A stretch of DNA of 64,000 nucleotides from Dehalococcoidia bacterium (GTDB taxonomy: Bacteria > Chloroflexota > Dehalococcoidia > Bin125): positions 64,001 through 128,000 of the forward strand of contig CAXXNO010000006.1 in the NCBI GenBank assembly GCA_963663235.2, read 5' to 3'. The notes below the pieces were generated by a model that did no database searches, was not told where the DNA came from, and worked only from the letters and a program-made list of their open reading frames with translations. Position numbers and translations under genes: made by a program. Shown in pieces: positions 9,260-18,087 of the stretch; the first letter of the stretch is position 1, and each line of letters starts with the position of its first letter.

Positions 9260-10180
9260 ATGCCCGAGCTCCCCGAAGTCGAAACGATCCGCCGCGATCT
9301 AGCGCCGCGAGTCGCCGGTCGCACGATCACCTCGCTCACGGTCATGCCGGGCGCCAAACGGATGCTGGTCGGCGTGCCGACGAGGCGGGTGCGAGCCCGC
9401 CTCGTCGATCGACGGATCGAAGGCATCGAGCGCCGGGGCAAGTACCTGCTCTTCCAGCTGGATTCGGGATCGGTTTGGGTGATGCATCTGCGGATGACCG
9501 GCACGCTGCGCCATCGGTCGACCGGTGGCGAGCCGGATCCCTTCCAGCGGATCGTCGTGACCCTGGATGACGGCTCCGAGTTGCGCTTCACCGACGTCCG
9601 CAAGTTCGGCACCTTCGAGGTACTGGAGAGCGCAGAGGAAGTGACGTGCAAGTTAGGCATCGAGCCGCTCACGCAGGCGTTCACCGAGGAAGCGCTCTGG
9701 TCCGCGCTGCACGGACGAAAGGCGCCGCTGAAATCGACGCTGCTGGATCAGCGCCGGATCGCCGGCCTGGGCAATATCTACGTCGATGAGGCGCTCTTCC
9801 TGGCTCGGCTCCACCCCGCCGTGCCCGCCGGATCGCTCCGACCGGCCGAGCGCAGGGCCCTGCATGCCGCCATCGAGGAAGTGATTCGAGAGGGAATCGC
9901 GCACCGCGGCGCCTCCTTCCGCGACTACACCGACGCCGAAGGGAAGGACGGCAGGCAGCAGTTCTTCGTTCGTGTCTTCCGTCGCACGGACGAACCGTGT
10001 GACGTCTGCGGCACGCCGATCCGACGCACGGTCATCGGAGGGCGCGCGTCGCACTGGTGCCCGCGCTGTCAACCGGCGCGCCAGACATCGCGCCGCGTCC
10101 CGCGCAAGCGGGCGAGAAGGAGCGCGTCCATCGACGGGACCGATGGCGTAGATTGCAGGCGTAAGGAGCGTCGCCGATGA
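9260..10180 (+). CDS. mutM: Formamidopyrimidine-DNA glycosylase
   Basis: MPELPEVE N-terminus, RRGKYL, HLRMTG, GLGNIYVDE, C-terminal CDVC/CPRC zinc finger. Confidence 0.97.
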   Translation: MPELPEVETIRRDLAPRVAGRTITSLTVMPGAKRMLVGVPTRRVRARLVDRRIEGIERRGKYLLFQLDSGSVWVMHLRMTGTLRHRSTGGEPDPFQRIVVTLDDGSELRFTDVRKFGTFEVLESAEEVTCKLGIEPLTQAFTEEALWSALHGRKAPLKSTLLDQRRIAGLGNIYVDEALFLARLHPAVPAGSLRPAERRALHAAIEEVIREGIAHRGASFRDYTDAEGKDGRQQFFVRVFRRTDEPCDVCGTPIRRTVIGGRASHWCPRCQPARQTSRRVPRKRARRSASIDGTDGVDCRRKERRR

Positions 10181-10956
10181 CCTCGGATGCCGCCAAGGCT
10201 CGCTCGGTCGCGGACGGTGGGGCCGACGATCGCCATCCCCAGGCGGCCTTTGCGAATTACTTGACGACGCTGGAGCCTGCGTTCCTGGAGAATTATTCGC
10301 GCTTCGGCGCTCGATCGCAGCGCGTGGTGGCGGAGGCGCTGCTGCGCGAGTTGGTCCTGGCCCCGCCCGACGACCGGAAGATTCTGGGCATGCGCATCGT
10401 CGAGGAGTACCTGGACGCCGTCGGCGGGATCATGGCGCTCCACGCGGCGTTCCTCCGGCGTGACCGGGCACCGCTCCTGGCGACGTTCCTGGCCCACCGG
10501 CTCAACGTCGGTTCCATTGCCGCCTTCAGCGCGCAGGTGGCCGAGCGTCTCCCTGAGCACATCCTGCGCGACCTGGGACTCCCTACCGGCGACGACGTGG
10601 AAGCGTTGCGTCCCGAGGTCTCGAAAACGGAATACCGGCAGTTGCGGGCAGCCGTTGAATCCGTTCCGCAAGGGTTGACCCGCGCCGCCCGTGCCGAACA
10701 GAGCGTGTTGCTGCAATTGGCGGAAGGGTTGCGCAAGTCGAGCACCCTCACGAATACGCTCGACTGGCTGCCGGACCGATCGATGGCCCCCGACCAAGTC
10801 GCGTTAATGGTCCTGGAGGAGAAGCGCTACCGACTGGCGACCCATTCCCTGACGATCAACGAACAACAGTTGGAGCAATTCGTCCTGGCGATCGGCACTA
10901 TCAGCCAAGCCGAGCGTGACATGTGCTGGCTCTCCCTTCGCGCCCACGACTCCTGA
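10177..10956 (+). CDS. Hypothetical protein
   Basis: ATGA overlap with the mutM stop, AAGGAG SD, genome-typical codon usage. Confidence 0.7.
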   Translation: MTSDAAKARSVADGGADDRHPQAAFANYLTTLEPAFLENYSRFGARSQRVVAEALLRELVLAPPDDRKILGMRIVEEYLDAVGGIMALHAAFLRRDRAPLLATFLAHRLNVGSIAAFSAQVAERLPEHILRDLGLPTGDDVEALRPEVSKTEYRQLRAAVESVPQGLTRAARAEQSVLLQLAEGLRKSSTLTNTLDWLPDRSMAPDQVALMVLEEKRYRLATHSLTINEQQLEQFVLAIGTISQAERDMCWLSLRAHDS

Positions 10957-11019
10957 CCCTTGTCTGACCCGACCGTTGCCTCCACACTGCGCGCCATGCG
11001 GAAGTGGGCCGGAGGCGCC

Positions 11020-11250
11020 CAAAGCGCCGATCCGGGTGAACTGCGTGGCGCCCGGCTGGGTTGCGAGCGAGCTCACCAGCGAGCCCCCGCGCTGGTACGT
11101 TGAGCGCTCCGAGCAGCACGCCGCCATGCGACGCTTTGCGCAGCCGGAGGAGGTGGCAGGAGCCGTGGTCTCTCTTCTCTCAGACGCGGCCGGTTACGCG
11201 ACGGGCTCGGTCATCGACGTGAGGGGCGGGTACGGGATGTGGTCGCTGAA
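11020..11250 (+). pseudogene. C-terminal remnant of a short-chain dehydrogenase/reductase
   Basis: IRVNCVAPGW...RFAQPEEVAGAVVSLLSDAAGYATGSVIDVRGG is the SDR C-terminus; the Rossmann and YxxxK parts are absent. Confidence 0.75.
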
Positions 11251-11281
11251 TGCATCGCCGCCGGAACAGGGCGGTTGACGC

Positions 11282-12283
11282 GTGCCGGACGCGATCACCG
11301 CCGTCCCGGGGATCAAGGTGGGGCACTGGAGCGACCGGGGCGGCGCGACCGGCTGCACCGTTGTGCTCTGCGAAGATGGGGCCGTGGCCGGCTACTCCTC
11401 GCGGGGCGGTGCACCCGGCACCATCGAGACGGACCTGCTCCGGCCCGAGAACGCGATCGCCAAGGTGCATGCCGTCCTCCTCACAGGTGGGAGCGCCTTC
11501 GGCCTGGCCGCAGCGGCGGGCGTGCGCGAGGCGCTGGCTGAGCGCGGGGCCGGGCTGCGCCTAGCTTTGGACTTGCCGCCCATCCCCATCGTCACCGGAG
11601 CCGTACTGTTCGACCTCCGCATCGGTTCATCGACGGCGCGTCCGACGGCAGAATCCGGCCGGCTGGCGGCGGAGCGGGCGAAGAGCGGCGCGGTGGCGCA
11701 GGGCAGCGTGGGTGCGGGGACGGGGTGCACCGTCGCGAAATTGGCGGGGGCGGAGTTCGCGCTCAAGGGCGGGATCGGGACCGCCGCACTGGCCCATCGC
11801 TCTGGCTTGGTCGTCGGGGCTCTGACGGCCGTCAACTGCATCGGTGACGTGCACGACCCCGATAGCGGCGCACTCATCGCCGGGCCGCGCGGTCAGCGTC
11901 GAGGAGAGTTGCGCTCGGGCGCAGACGTACTGGCGGCGCAGGCGTTCCCGCCGCAGGCAGCCGAGGCCGTCACGAATACCACGATCGCCGTCGTCGCGAC
12001 GAACGCCCGCCTCGATAAGGCTCAAGCCACGCGACTGGCGCTGATGGCGGAGGACGGCTTCGCGCGGGCGATCCGTCCCGCGCACACGCCCCTCGACGGC
12101 GATTGCGTCTTCGCGCTCGCGACGGGCACGCTTGGGGTCAACTTGAACCTGGAACGTCTGACGCTGCTCGGCAGCATGGCGGCTACGGCGCTGGCGGACG
12201 CGGTCGTGCGTGGGGTGACGGAATCCACGCGGCTGGCCGGCGTACCGGCCATCCGGAACTGGCGAGCCCCGGCCGGCCACTAG
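11282..12283 (+). CDS. P1/S58 (DmpA/ThnT-like) hydrolase
   Basis: ITAVPGIKVGH, TGCTVV, GGAPGT, LTGGSAFGL, the NTT autoproteolysis motif and HTPLDGD. Confidence 0.9.
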   Translation: MPDAITAVPGIKVGHWSDRGGATGCTVVLCEDGAVAGYSSRGGAPGTIETDLLRPENAIAKVHAVLLTGGSAFGLAAAAGVREALAERGAGLRLALDLPPIPIVTGAVLFDLRIGSSTARPTAESGRLAAERAKSGAVAQGSVGAGTGCTVAKLAGAEFALKGGIGTAALAHRSGLVVGALTAVNCIGDVHDPDSGALIAGPRGQRRGELRSGADVLAAQAFPPQAAEAVTNTTIAVVATNARLDKAQATRLALMAEDGFARAIRPAHTPLDGDCVFALATGTLGVNLNLERLTLLGSMAATALADAVVRGVTESTRLAGVPAIRNWRAPAGH

Positions 12284-12340
12284 GCGGTCGCTCATCGTGG
12301 CGCTCATAGCGGCGCGCACAGCGGCGCTCATAACGGGTCG

Positions 12341-12370
12341 TTGACAGCCGATCGTCGGGCTGGTTACATT
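12341..12370 (+). promoter_or_regulatory. Sigma70 promoter for panBC
   Basis: TTGACA (12341) then 18 nt then TACATT (12365). Confidence 0.7.
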
Positions 12371-12374
12371 GCCC

Positions 12375-12498
12375 GCGCAGCCGACCGCGAGCACGGCGGT
12401 GAGCAATGCGCGCTATCTCTCGAGGCCGCCGTGATGGCGACCAGTGGCTCCAGGCGTCGCCAGCTCACGCCCGCTCGTATCGCTCGCGGGCGTTTTTT
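12375..12498 (+). ncRNA. pan-motif-like leader RNA with intrinsic terminator
   Basis: Two tandem hairpins (12392-12433, 12435-12462), then terminator ACGCCCGC/GCGGGCGT plus T-run, upstream of panB. pan motif RNAs are known from Chloroflexi. Confidence 0.7.
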
Positions 12499-12591
12499 GT
12501 GCGCGCCGCCGCGCTGTGAGCAGGCGGCCGGGAGCGTGTCCGAGCCGGGGCGGCGAGTTGCCCCTCGGAGGCGGATGGAAGGAGAGCCCGC

Positions 12592-13470
12592 ATGTCCCGA
12601 CGTTCCATCCACTCCCTCAAAGCGATGAAGCGCCGCGGCGAGCGCTTTGCGATGGTCACCTGCTACGACTATCCCACCGCCCGCCTTGCCGAAGAGGCGG
12701 GGATTCCCGCGCTGTTAGTGGGCGACTCGCTGGGTACGACCGTGCTGGGCTACGAGACGACCGTTCCCGTGACGCTGGACGAGATCCTGCACCACACGAG
12801 ACCCGTGGTGCGCGCGACCAGCCGGGCAGTCGTGGTGGCGGATCTCCCGTTCGGCACGTACCAGACCGGCCCCGAGGACGCCATCCGCAGCGCCACGCGC
12901 CTGCTGCAGGAGGGCGGGGCGACGGCGGTGAAGCTGGAGGGCGGCAGCCACATTGCGCCCACGGTTGAGCGACTGGTCAAAGTGGGCATCCCGGTGATGG
13001 GCCATATCGGCTTGACGCCGCAATCGGTCAACCAGCTCGGTGGCCACAAGGTGCAGGGCAAGACCGCCGCGCAGGCCGTCAAGCTTCTGAACGACGCCCT
13101 GGCGCTGGAGGCGGCCGGATGTTTCGCGGTTGTTCTGGAGGCGATCCCGGCGCCGGTCGCGGAGATCATCAGCAAGCGGCTGGAGATGCCGACCATCGGC
13201 ATCGGGGCGGGCCCGCATTGCGACGGCGAGATCCAGGTCCTGCACGACATCCTTGGCTTGCTGGAGGACTTCCGCCCGCGGCACGCGAAGCGCTATGCCG
13301 AATTGGGCTTGCGAATTCGTGAAGCGCTCACAGCCTATCGTGACGAGGTCGCCGCCGGCGTGTTTCCCACCATGAGCCACGCCAGTGCCGTCGATGACGA
13401 GGCCATGGCCGAGATCGCGAGCCTCGCACGGACGAAGGAGCCGACCACTCCGACCGCCTTCGACTGGTAA
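12592..13470 (+). CDS. panB: 3-methyl-2-oxobutanoate hydroxymethyltransferase
   Basis: TCYDY, LVGDSLG, ADLPF, VKLEGG, GHIGLTPQ. Confidence 0.97.
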   Translation: MSRRSIHSLKAMKRRGERFAMVTCYDYPTARLAEEAGIPALLVGDSLGTTVLGYETTVPVTLDEILHHTRPVVRATSRAVVVADLPFGTYQTGPEDAIRSATRLLQEGGATAVKLEGGSHIAPTVERLVKVGIPVMGHIGLTPQSVNQLGGHKVQGKTAAQAVKLLNDALALEAAGCFAVVLEAIPAPVAEIISKRLEMPTIGIGAGPHCDGEIQVLHDILGLLEDFRPRHAKRYAELGLRIREALTAYRDEVAAGVFPTMSHASAVDDEAMAEIASLARTKEPTTPTAFDW

Positions 13471-13483
13471 CGGTGACGCGAGC

Positions 13484-14347
13484 ATGGAAACGTTGGGTAC
13501 CGTTGCGGCCGTCCGCGCGTGGCACAGAGCGGTACAGGGCGACGTAGGATTTGTCCCCACGATGGGGGCGCTGCACGATGGGCACCTGGCCCTGGTGCAT
13601 CGCGCGCGGCGCGAAAACGACCAGGTGATCGCCTCCATCTTCGTCAATCCGTTGCAATTCGGCCCCAGCGAAGACGTCGATCGCTATCCGCGCGCTATCG
13701 AAGACGACAGCCGTCTGTTACGCGAGAACGGCGTGGACGCACTGTTCCTTCCCCAGGTCCAGGAGATATACCCCGATGGGTTCCGCACCTCGGTGGAGGT
13801 CACCGGGCCGCTCACGGCCGTCCTGGAAGGCGCGGCCCGGGCGGGACATTTCGCCGGCGTGACGACCGTCGTCAGCAAACTGCTCTTCATCACACAGCCG
13901 ACGCGTGCATATTTTGGGATGAAAGACGCCCAGCAGCTCCTCGTCATCGCGAAGTTCGTCCATGACTTGGACATCGCTGTCGAGATCGTTCCCGTTCCAA
14001 CGGTCCGGGAACGAGACGGCCTGGCGATGAGCAGCCGCAATCGCTACCTGTCGGCTGAAGAGCGCAAGGCGGCGGCTGCCATCTCCCGCGCGCTCGAGGC
14101 GGGGCGGGCGCTCTTTGACCAAGGAGAGCGCGACGCGGCCGCGTTGCAGAGCGCAGTACACGAAGTGCTGAACGCCGAACCGTTGCTGCAGACGGAGTAC
14201 GTGTCCTGCGCCCACCTGCCGACGCTGCGCGAACTCGATCAGATCGACGAGCGGGCGCTGCTATCGCTGGCGGTGCAGTGCGGAGCGGCTCGCCTGATCG
14301 ATAATCGCTGGCTCGGGGTCCGCGGAGATGCCGTTCCTCTGCATTAG
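13484..14347 (+). CDS. panC: Pantoate--beta-alanine ligase
   Basis: FVPTMGALHDGH, SIFVNPLQF, GLAMSSRN, RLIDN. Confidence 0.97.
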   Translation: METLGTVAAVRAWHRAVQGDVGFVPTMGALHDGHLALVHRARRENDQVIASIFVNPLQFGPSEDVDRYPRAIEDDSRLLRENGVDALFLPQVQEIYPDGFRTSVEVTGPLTAVLEGAARAGHFAGVTTVVSKLLFITQPTRAYFGMKDAQQLLVIAKFVHDLDIAVEIVPVPTVRERDGLAMSSRNRYLSAEERKAAAAISRALEAGRALFDQGERDAAALQSAVHEVLNAEPLLQTEYVSCAHLPTLRELDQIDERALLSLAVQCGAARLIDNRWLGVRGDAVPLH

Positions 14348-14392
14348 GACGGCGGTCTTGGCACGCCCGGCCGCTTGGCCGATGATGAGAAT

Positions 14393-15154
14393 GTGACCGA
14401 TCGGCCCCTGATTCTCGTCAGTAACGATGACGGCATCGACGCCGATGGCCTGTGGGCGCTGGCCGAGGCCATGCAGAGCGTGGGCGAGGTATGCGTGGTG
14501 GCGCCGGCCTTCGAGCAGTCGGGAATGGGCACGGCCTTCACGCTTCACCGCGAGCTCCAGTCGCAGGAGGCACGGAGCCGCCTGCCCGGCGTAGAGGCCT
14601 GGCAAGTGGACGGAACGCCGACGGACGCGGTGATCATCGGCCTGCGCCGGCACGTTCCCCGTCGCGTCAGTCTGGTGGTGTCGGGCGTCAATCCGGGCCC
14701 CAACCTGGGCGCGGACGTGATCCACTCGGGAACGGTCGGCGCGGCCATGCAGGGGCACCACCGCGACTTACCGGCCGTGGCCGTATCGTCACTGGGCCGA
14801 TCCCCGGCGCGGCTCCGGGCGGCCGCGTCGGTTGGCGCAGGGATAGCGGCTTCACTGCTGGCGTCGGGCGAGCGGCTGTTTCTGAACGTCAACGTGCCCG
14901 ACCGTCCCTCCCCGGAGCTCGGCCAGGCCGTGGTGACGGAACTGGCGCCACGCGGCGTCGCACGCCTAATCGAAGCGGAAACAGCGGAAGGGTTGATCCG
15001 GCCTCGACGGGAGTACCAGATGGAGGGAGTCGAAGCGGCCAGTGGGTCGGACGTGTGGGCCATCCTGCAAGGGAAGATCTCGGTCAGCCCGCTGGAGACC
15101 GATCTCAGGGCGCGTCCGGAGACCGCCGAGAAGGCACGAACGATCCTGAGCTAG
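14393..15154 (+). CDS. surE: 5'/3'-nucleotidase SurE
   Basis: ILVSNDDGI, DGTPTD, VSGVNPGPNLG, SGTVGAA. Confidence 0.95.
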   Translation: MTDRPLILVSNDDGIDADGLWALAEAMQSVGEVCVVAPAFEQSGMGTAFTLHRELQSQEARSRLPGVEAWQVDGTPTDAVIIGLRRHVPRRVSLVVSGVNPGPNLGADVIHSGTVGAAMQGHHRDLPAVAVSSLGRSPARLRAAASVGAGIAASLLASGERLFLNVNVPDRPSPELGQAVVTELAPRGVARLIEAETAEGLIRPRREYQMEGVEAASGSDVWAILQGKISVSPLETDLRARPETAEKARTILS

Positions 15155-15195
15155 CCGGATCGGCTCGGCGCCGCCCGGGCAGTCCAATGGCAGCG

Positions 15196-15220
15196 TGATA
15201 CCATTCCGAACGTCCGTGCG
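15196..15220 (+). promoter_or_regulatory. Extended -10 with LexA-like box upstream of yebC-ruvC-ruvA
   Basis: TGaTACCAT (15196-15204) followed by CGAACGTCCGTGCG (15207-15220), one mismatch to CGAAC-N4-GTTCG. Confidence 0.55.
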
Positions 15221-15248
15221 ACTGCGGACGGCACCCGAGGAGTAGCGG

Positions 15249-16007
15249 ATGTCTGGTCATTCCAAGTGGTCTCAGATCAAACGCCAGAAAGGCGTGACCG
15301 ACTCGCGCCGAGGCAAGCTGTTCACGAAGATCGGGCGCGAGATCGAGGCCGCCACGCGCGGCGGCGGCCCACAGGCCAGTGAGAACCCGGTGCTTCGACT
15401 GGCCCTCTCCAAGGCCCGACAGGCGAATATGCCCAAGGAGACCATCGAGCGGGCGATCAAACGCGTCACGGCCGGTGGAGGCGGCGCGAGCTGGGAAGAG
15501 ATCCGCTACGAGGCCTACGGACCCGGCGGTGCGGCCCTGCTCATCGACACGCTTACCAACAACCGCAAACGGACCGTTGCCGAGGTGCGCGCCATCCTCT
15601 CGAAGGGGAACGCCAGCATGGGCGAGAACGGTAGCGTGGCTTGGGTCTTCGAGCCCCAGGGCGTGATCGCCATCGACGTGCAAGACGGCGTTGATCCGGA
15701 CGCGATCGCGCTCCAGGCGATCGACGCCGGCGCGGACGATGTGTCGGTCGACAAGACCCTGATCGAGGTGCTCATGGCCCCGCCTGATCTGGAGGCGGTG
15801 CGTGAACGGCTGGAAGCGGAGGGCGTCCCGCTGGCCTCTGCGGAGGTCACGATGCGGCCCACGACTACGGTCCCCCTGGACGGGGAGCAAGCACGATCGC
15901 TGCTGCGGCTCCTGGACAGCCTGGAAGAGCTGGACGACGTTCAGCGCGTCCACAGCAACGCGGACGTCCCCGAAGCCGTGATGGTCGAGTCCGAGTCGGC
16001 GGCCTGA
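15249..16007 (+). CDS. yebC: YebC/PmpR family protein
   Basis: MSGHSKWSQIKRQKG, YEAYGPGG, LEELDDVQRVHSN. Confidence 0.96.
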   Translation: MSGHSKWSQIKRQKGVTDSRRGKLFTKIGREIEAATRGGGPQASENPVLRLALSKARQANMPKETIERAIKRVTAGGGGASWEEIRYEAYGPGGAALLIDTLTNNRKRTVAEVRAILSKGNASMGENGSVAWVFEPQGVIAIDVQDGVDPDAIALQAIDAGADDVSVDKTLIEVLMAPPDLEAVRERLEAEGVPLASAEVTMRPTTTVPLDGEQARSLLRLLDSLEELDDVQRVHSNADVPEAVMVESESAA

Positions 16008-16516
16008 TGCCCACGCCCGCTGGTTGTGTTCTCGGTGTCGATCCCGGACTCCGGGTGACCGGCTGGGCGCTGCTGGACGCGCGCGAGAGCGCTCCGCGCA
16101 TCGAGTATGGGGTCATCCGGCCGCCGCGCGGCGCCGCCACCGCCGTGCGGCTGCGCGCGATCACCAACGGCCTGCTGGAGGCTATCGACGCCCACGGCCC
16201 GAGCGCCGTGGCGGTGGAGCGACCCTTCGTCAAGGAAAATATGCGAACGGCGCTGGCGTTGGGACAAGCGCAGGCCGCGGCGTTGCTTGCCGCCGCCTGG
16301 CGCGAGCTCGAGGTTTTTGAATATGCGCCGCGCGAGATCAAGCAGACCGCCGCGGGGGACGGAGGGGCGACGAAGGAAGCGGTCGCCGAGGCGCTTCGCC
16401 GCCAGCTGCGCCTGGAGGCGGGCCCACGCCCTCTCGACGCCTCGGACGCGCTGGCAGTGGCCTACTGCCACCTGCTGGCATCGTCCGGCCGTCGCCGCCT
16501 CCTGCCGCAGCGATGA
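16007..16516 (+). CDS. ruvC: Holliday junction resolvase
   Basis: LGVDPG, VAVE and DASDALAVA catalytic motifs. Confidence 0.95.
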   Translation: MPTPAGCVLGVDPGLRVTGWALLDARESAPRIEYGVIRPPRGAATAVRLRAITNGLLEAIDAHGPSAVAVERPFVKENMRTALALGQAQAAALLAAAWRELEVFEYAPREIKQTAAGDGGATKEAVAEALRRQLRLEAGPRPLDASDALAVAYCHLLASSGRRRLLPQR

Positions 16517-17142
16517 TCTCCCGGATCCGCGGCCCCGCGCGTCAGTGGAATCCCGCCAGCCAAAGCGTGGAGGTGGAAGTCGGCGGTCTCTGGTACGAAG
16601 TGCACCTGCCCGCGTACGGCTGGCGGGCGCTGGAGCATCGACCGGCCGAAGTGGACCTGTTCATCTACTACCACGTTCCGGATCGCAACCCTTCCCCCGT
16701 GCTCATCGGCTTCCTGCGACGCACAGAGCGCGAATTCTTCAAAAAGTTCATGCACGTGCGTGGGATGGGCTCGACAAGCGCGCGGCGAGCGTTGGCGACA
16801 TCGATCTCAACGATCGCGCACTGGATCGAGGCGGAGGATAAACGCGCCCTCTGCCAGTTGCCCGGCGTCGGCACGCGGCAGGCCGATCAGATCATCGCGG
16901 AGCTCAAAGGCAAGGTCGTGGAGGAGGCGCTGCTGGTGGACGAGCACTACGCCGCGCTGGCGACGGAACCGCAGCGAGAACGCGGCCGGGCGCTATCCGA
17001 AGCGGTTGAGGCGCTGGTCGGGCTCGGCTACCAGCGCAGCGAGGCGAGAGATTGGGTGAACCGCGTGGCCGATGAGACGGTCGAGCCGGAGACGGAGGCC
17101 GTACTGCGGGCCGTCTTCCGGGGCATGGCTGAGCGGGACTAG
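16513..17142 (+). CDS. ruvA: Holliday junction branch migration protein
   Basis: MISRIRG, VGGLWYEV, HhH motifs GMG and PGVG, C-terminal ALVGLGY. Confidence 0.9.
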   Translation: MISRIRGPARQWNPASQSVEVEVGGLWYEVHLPAYGWRALEHRPAEVDLFIYYHVPDRNPSPVLIGFLRRTEREFFKKFMHVRGMGSTSARRALATSISTIAHWIEAEDKRALCQLPGVGTRQADQIIAELKGKVVEEALLVDEHYAALATEPQRERGRALSEAVEALVGLGYQRSEARDWVNRVADETVEPETEAVLRAVFRGMAERD

Positions 17143-17219
17143 ACGCGGATTCCCGGATGGGGATGTGTAGGGTTCGCCAGCCCCTGCTGCGGGCGCCCCC
17201 CGACGTATCAGGCCCTGCC

Positions 17220-18062
17220 GTGACGGATAATCGCCGTGTGGATCTCCCCTGGATCCGACGGGCGATTTTGCGCCACGCTCTCCAGGCTCTGGCCCTGGCG
17301 GCGGTCGGGATCGCAGCGGCGCTGGCGGCGCTCCTGGACCTGGGCGTGTGGCTGGCCGCCCGATCAGGCGTCGCCCCGGCCGTGGTCGCCGGAGGGGTGG
17401 TGCCGCTGGCCGTCGCGATGGTGCTGCTGGGGGTGGATTCCCTGCGAGAACGGCGGCTCCAGCATCGCTCTCAGCGGAACCTGATTCAGACGAATCGCCG
17501 CCTGCGGCAGAGCGCCGCCGATCTGGCACGTTTCGCGACCTTCGATTCTCTCACCGGGCTGTACAACCGGCGGGCTTGGCTGGAGGCGCTGGAACAGGAA
17601 TGGCGGTGGTCGGAGCGGTACGGAACGGCGCCGGCCGTTGTGATGATCGATCTGGACCGATTCAAGGAAGTCAACGACCGAGGCGGGCACGCCGCCGGTG
17701 ACGCGGTGCTGCGGGCGTTCGCCGAGTCGCTGGGCGAAACGCTGCGATCATCCGACATCATGGGCCGGCTGGGTGGCGACGAGTTTGCGGTGCTCTTGCC
17801 CGAAGCCGACAGCGAGGATGCGCGCGTGGTCGCGGAGAAAATCCGTGCCTGTTTCAGCGCGCGCCGATTGGACTTCGCAGCCGGACCCATTGCGCTGACG
17901 CTCTCCGCCGGTATCGCCTGCGGGCGCAGCGAGCAGGTGCGCGAGGCGCAGGATCTTGTCCGGATCGCCGACGAGGCCTTGTATGATGCTAAGGCGGCCG
18001 GTCGAAACCGCGTGGTCGTGGCGGCGGATGAGCGTACCGCGCCCCTGCAGATCAGCGCCTGA
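17220..18062 (+). CDS. Membrane-anchored diguanylate cyclase
   Basis: Two TM helices, [20 protein letters not shown], RxxD I-site and intact GGDEF. Start uncertain. Confidence 0.9.
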   Translation: MTDNRRVDLPWIRRAILRHALQALALAAVGIAAALAALLDLGVWLAARSGVAPAVVAGGVVPLAVAMVLLGVDSLRERRLQHRSQRNLIQTNRRLRQSAADLARFATFDSLTGLYNRRAWLEALEQEWRWSERYGTAPAVVMIDLDRFKEVNDRGGHAAGDAVLRAFAESLGETLRSSDIMGRLGGDEFAVLLPEADSEDARVVAEKIRACFSARRLDFAAGPIALTLSAGIACGRSEQVREAQDLVRIADEALYDAKAAGRNRVVVAADERTAPLQISA

Positions 18063-18087
18063 GTGGACCGGCCGCCCTCGTGGGGCC

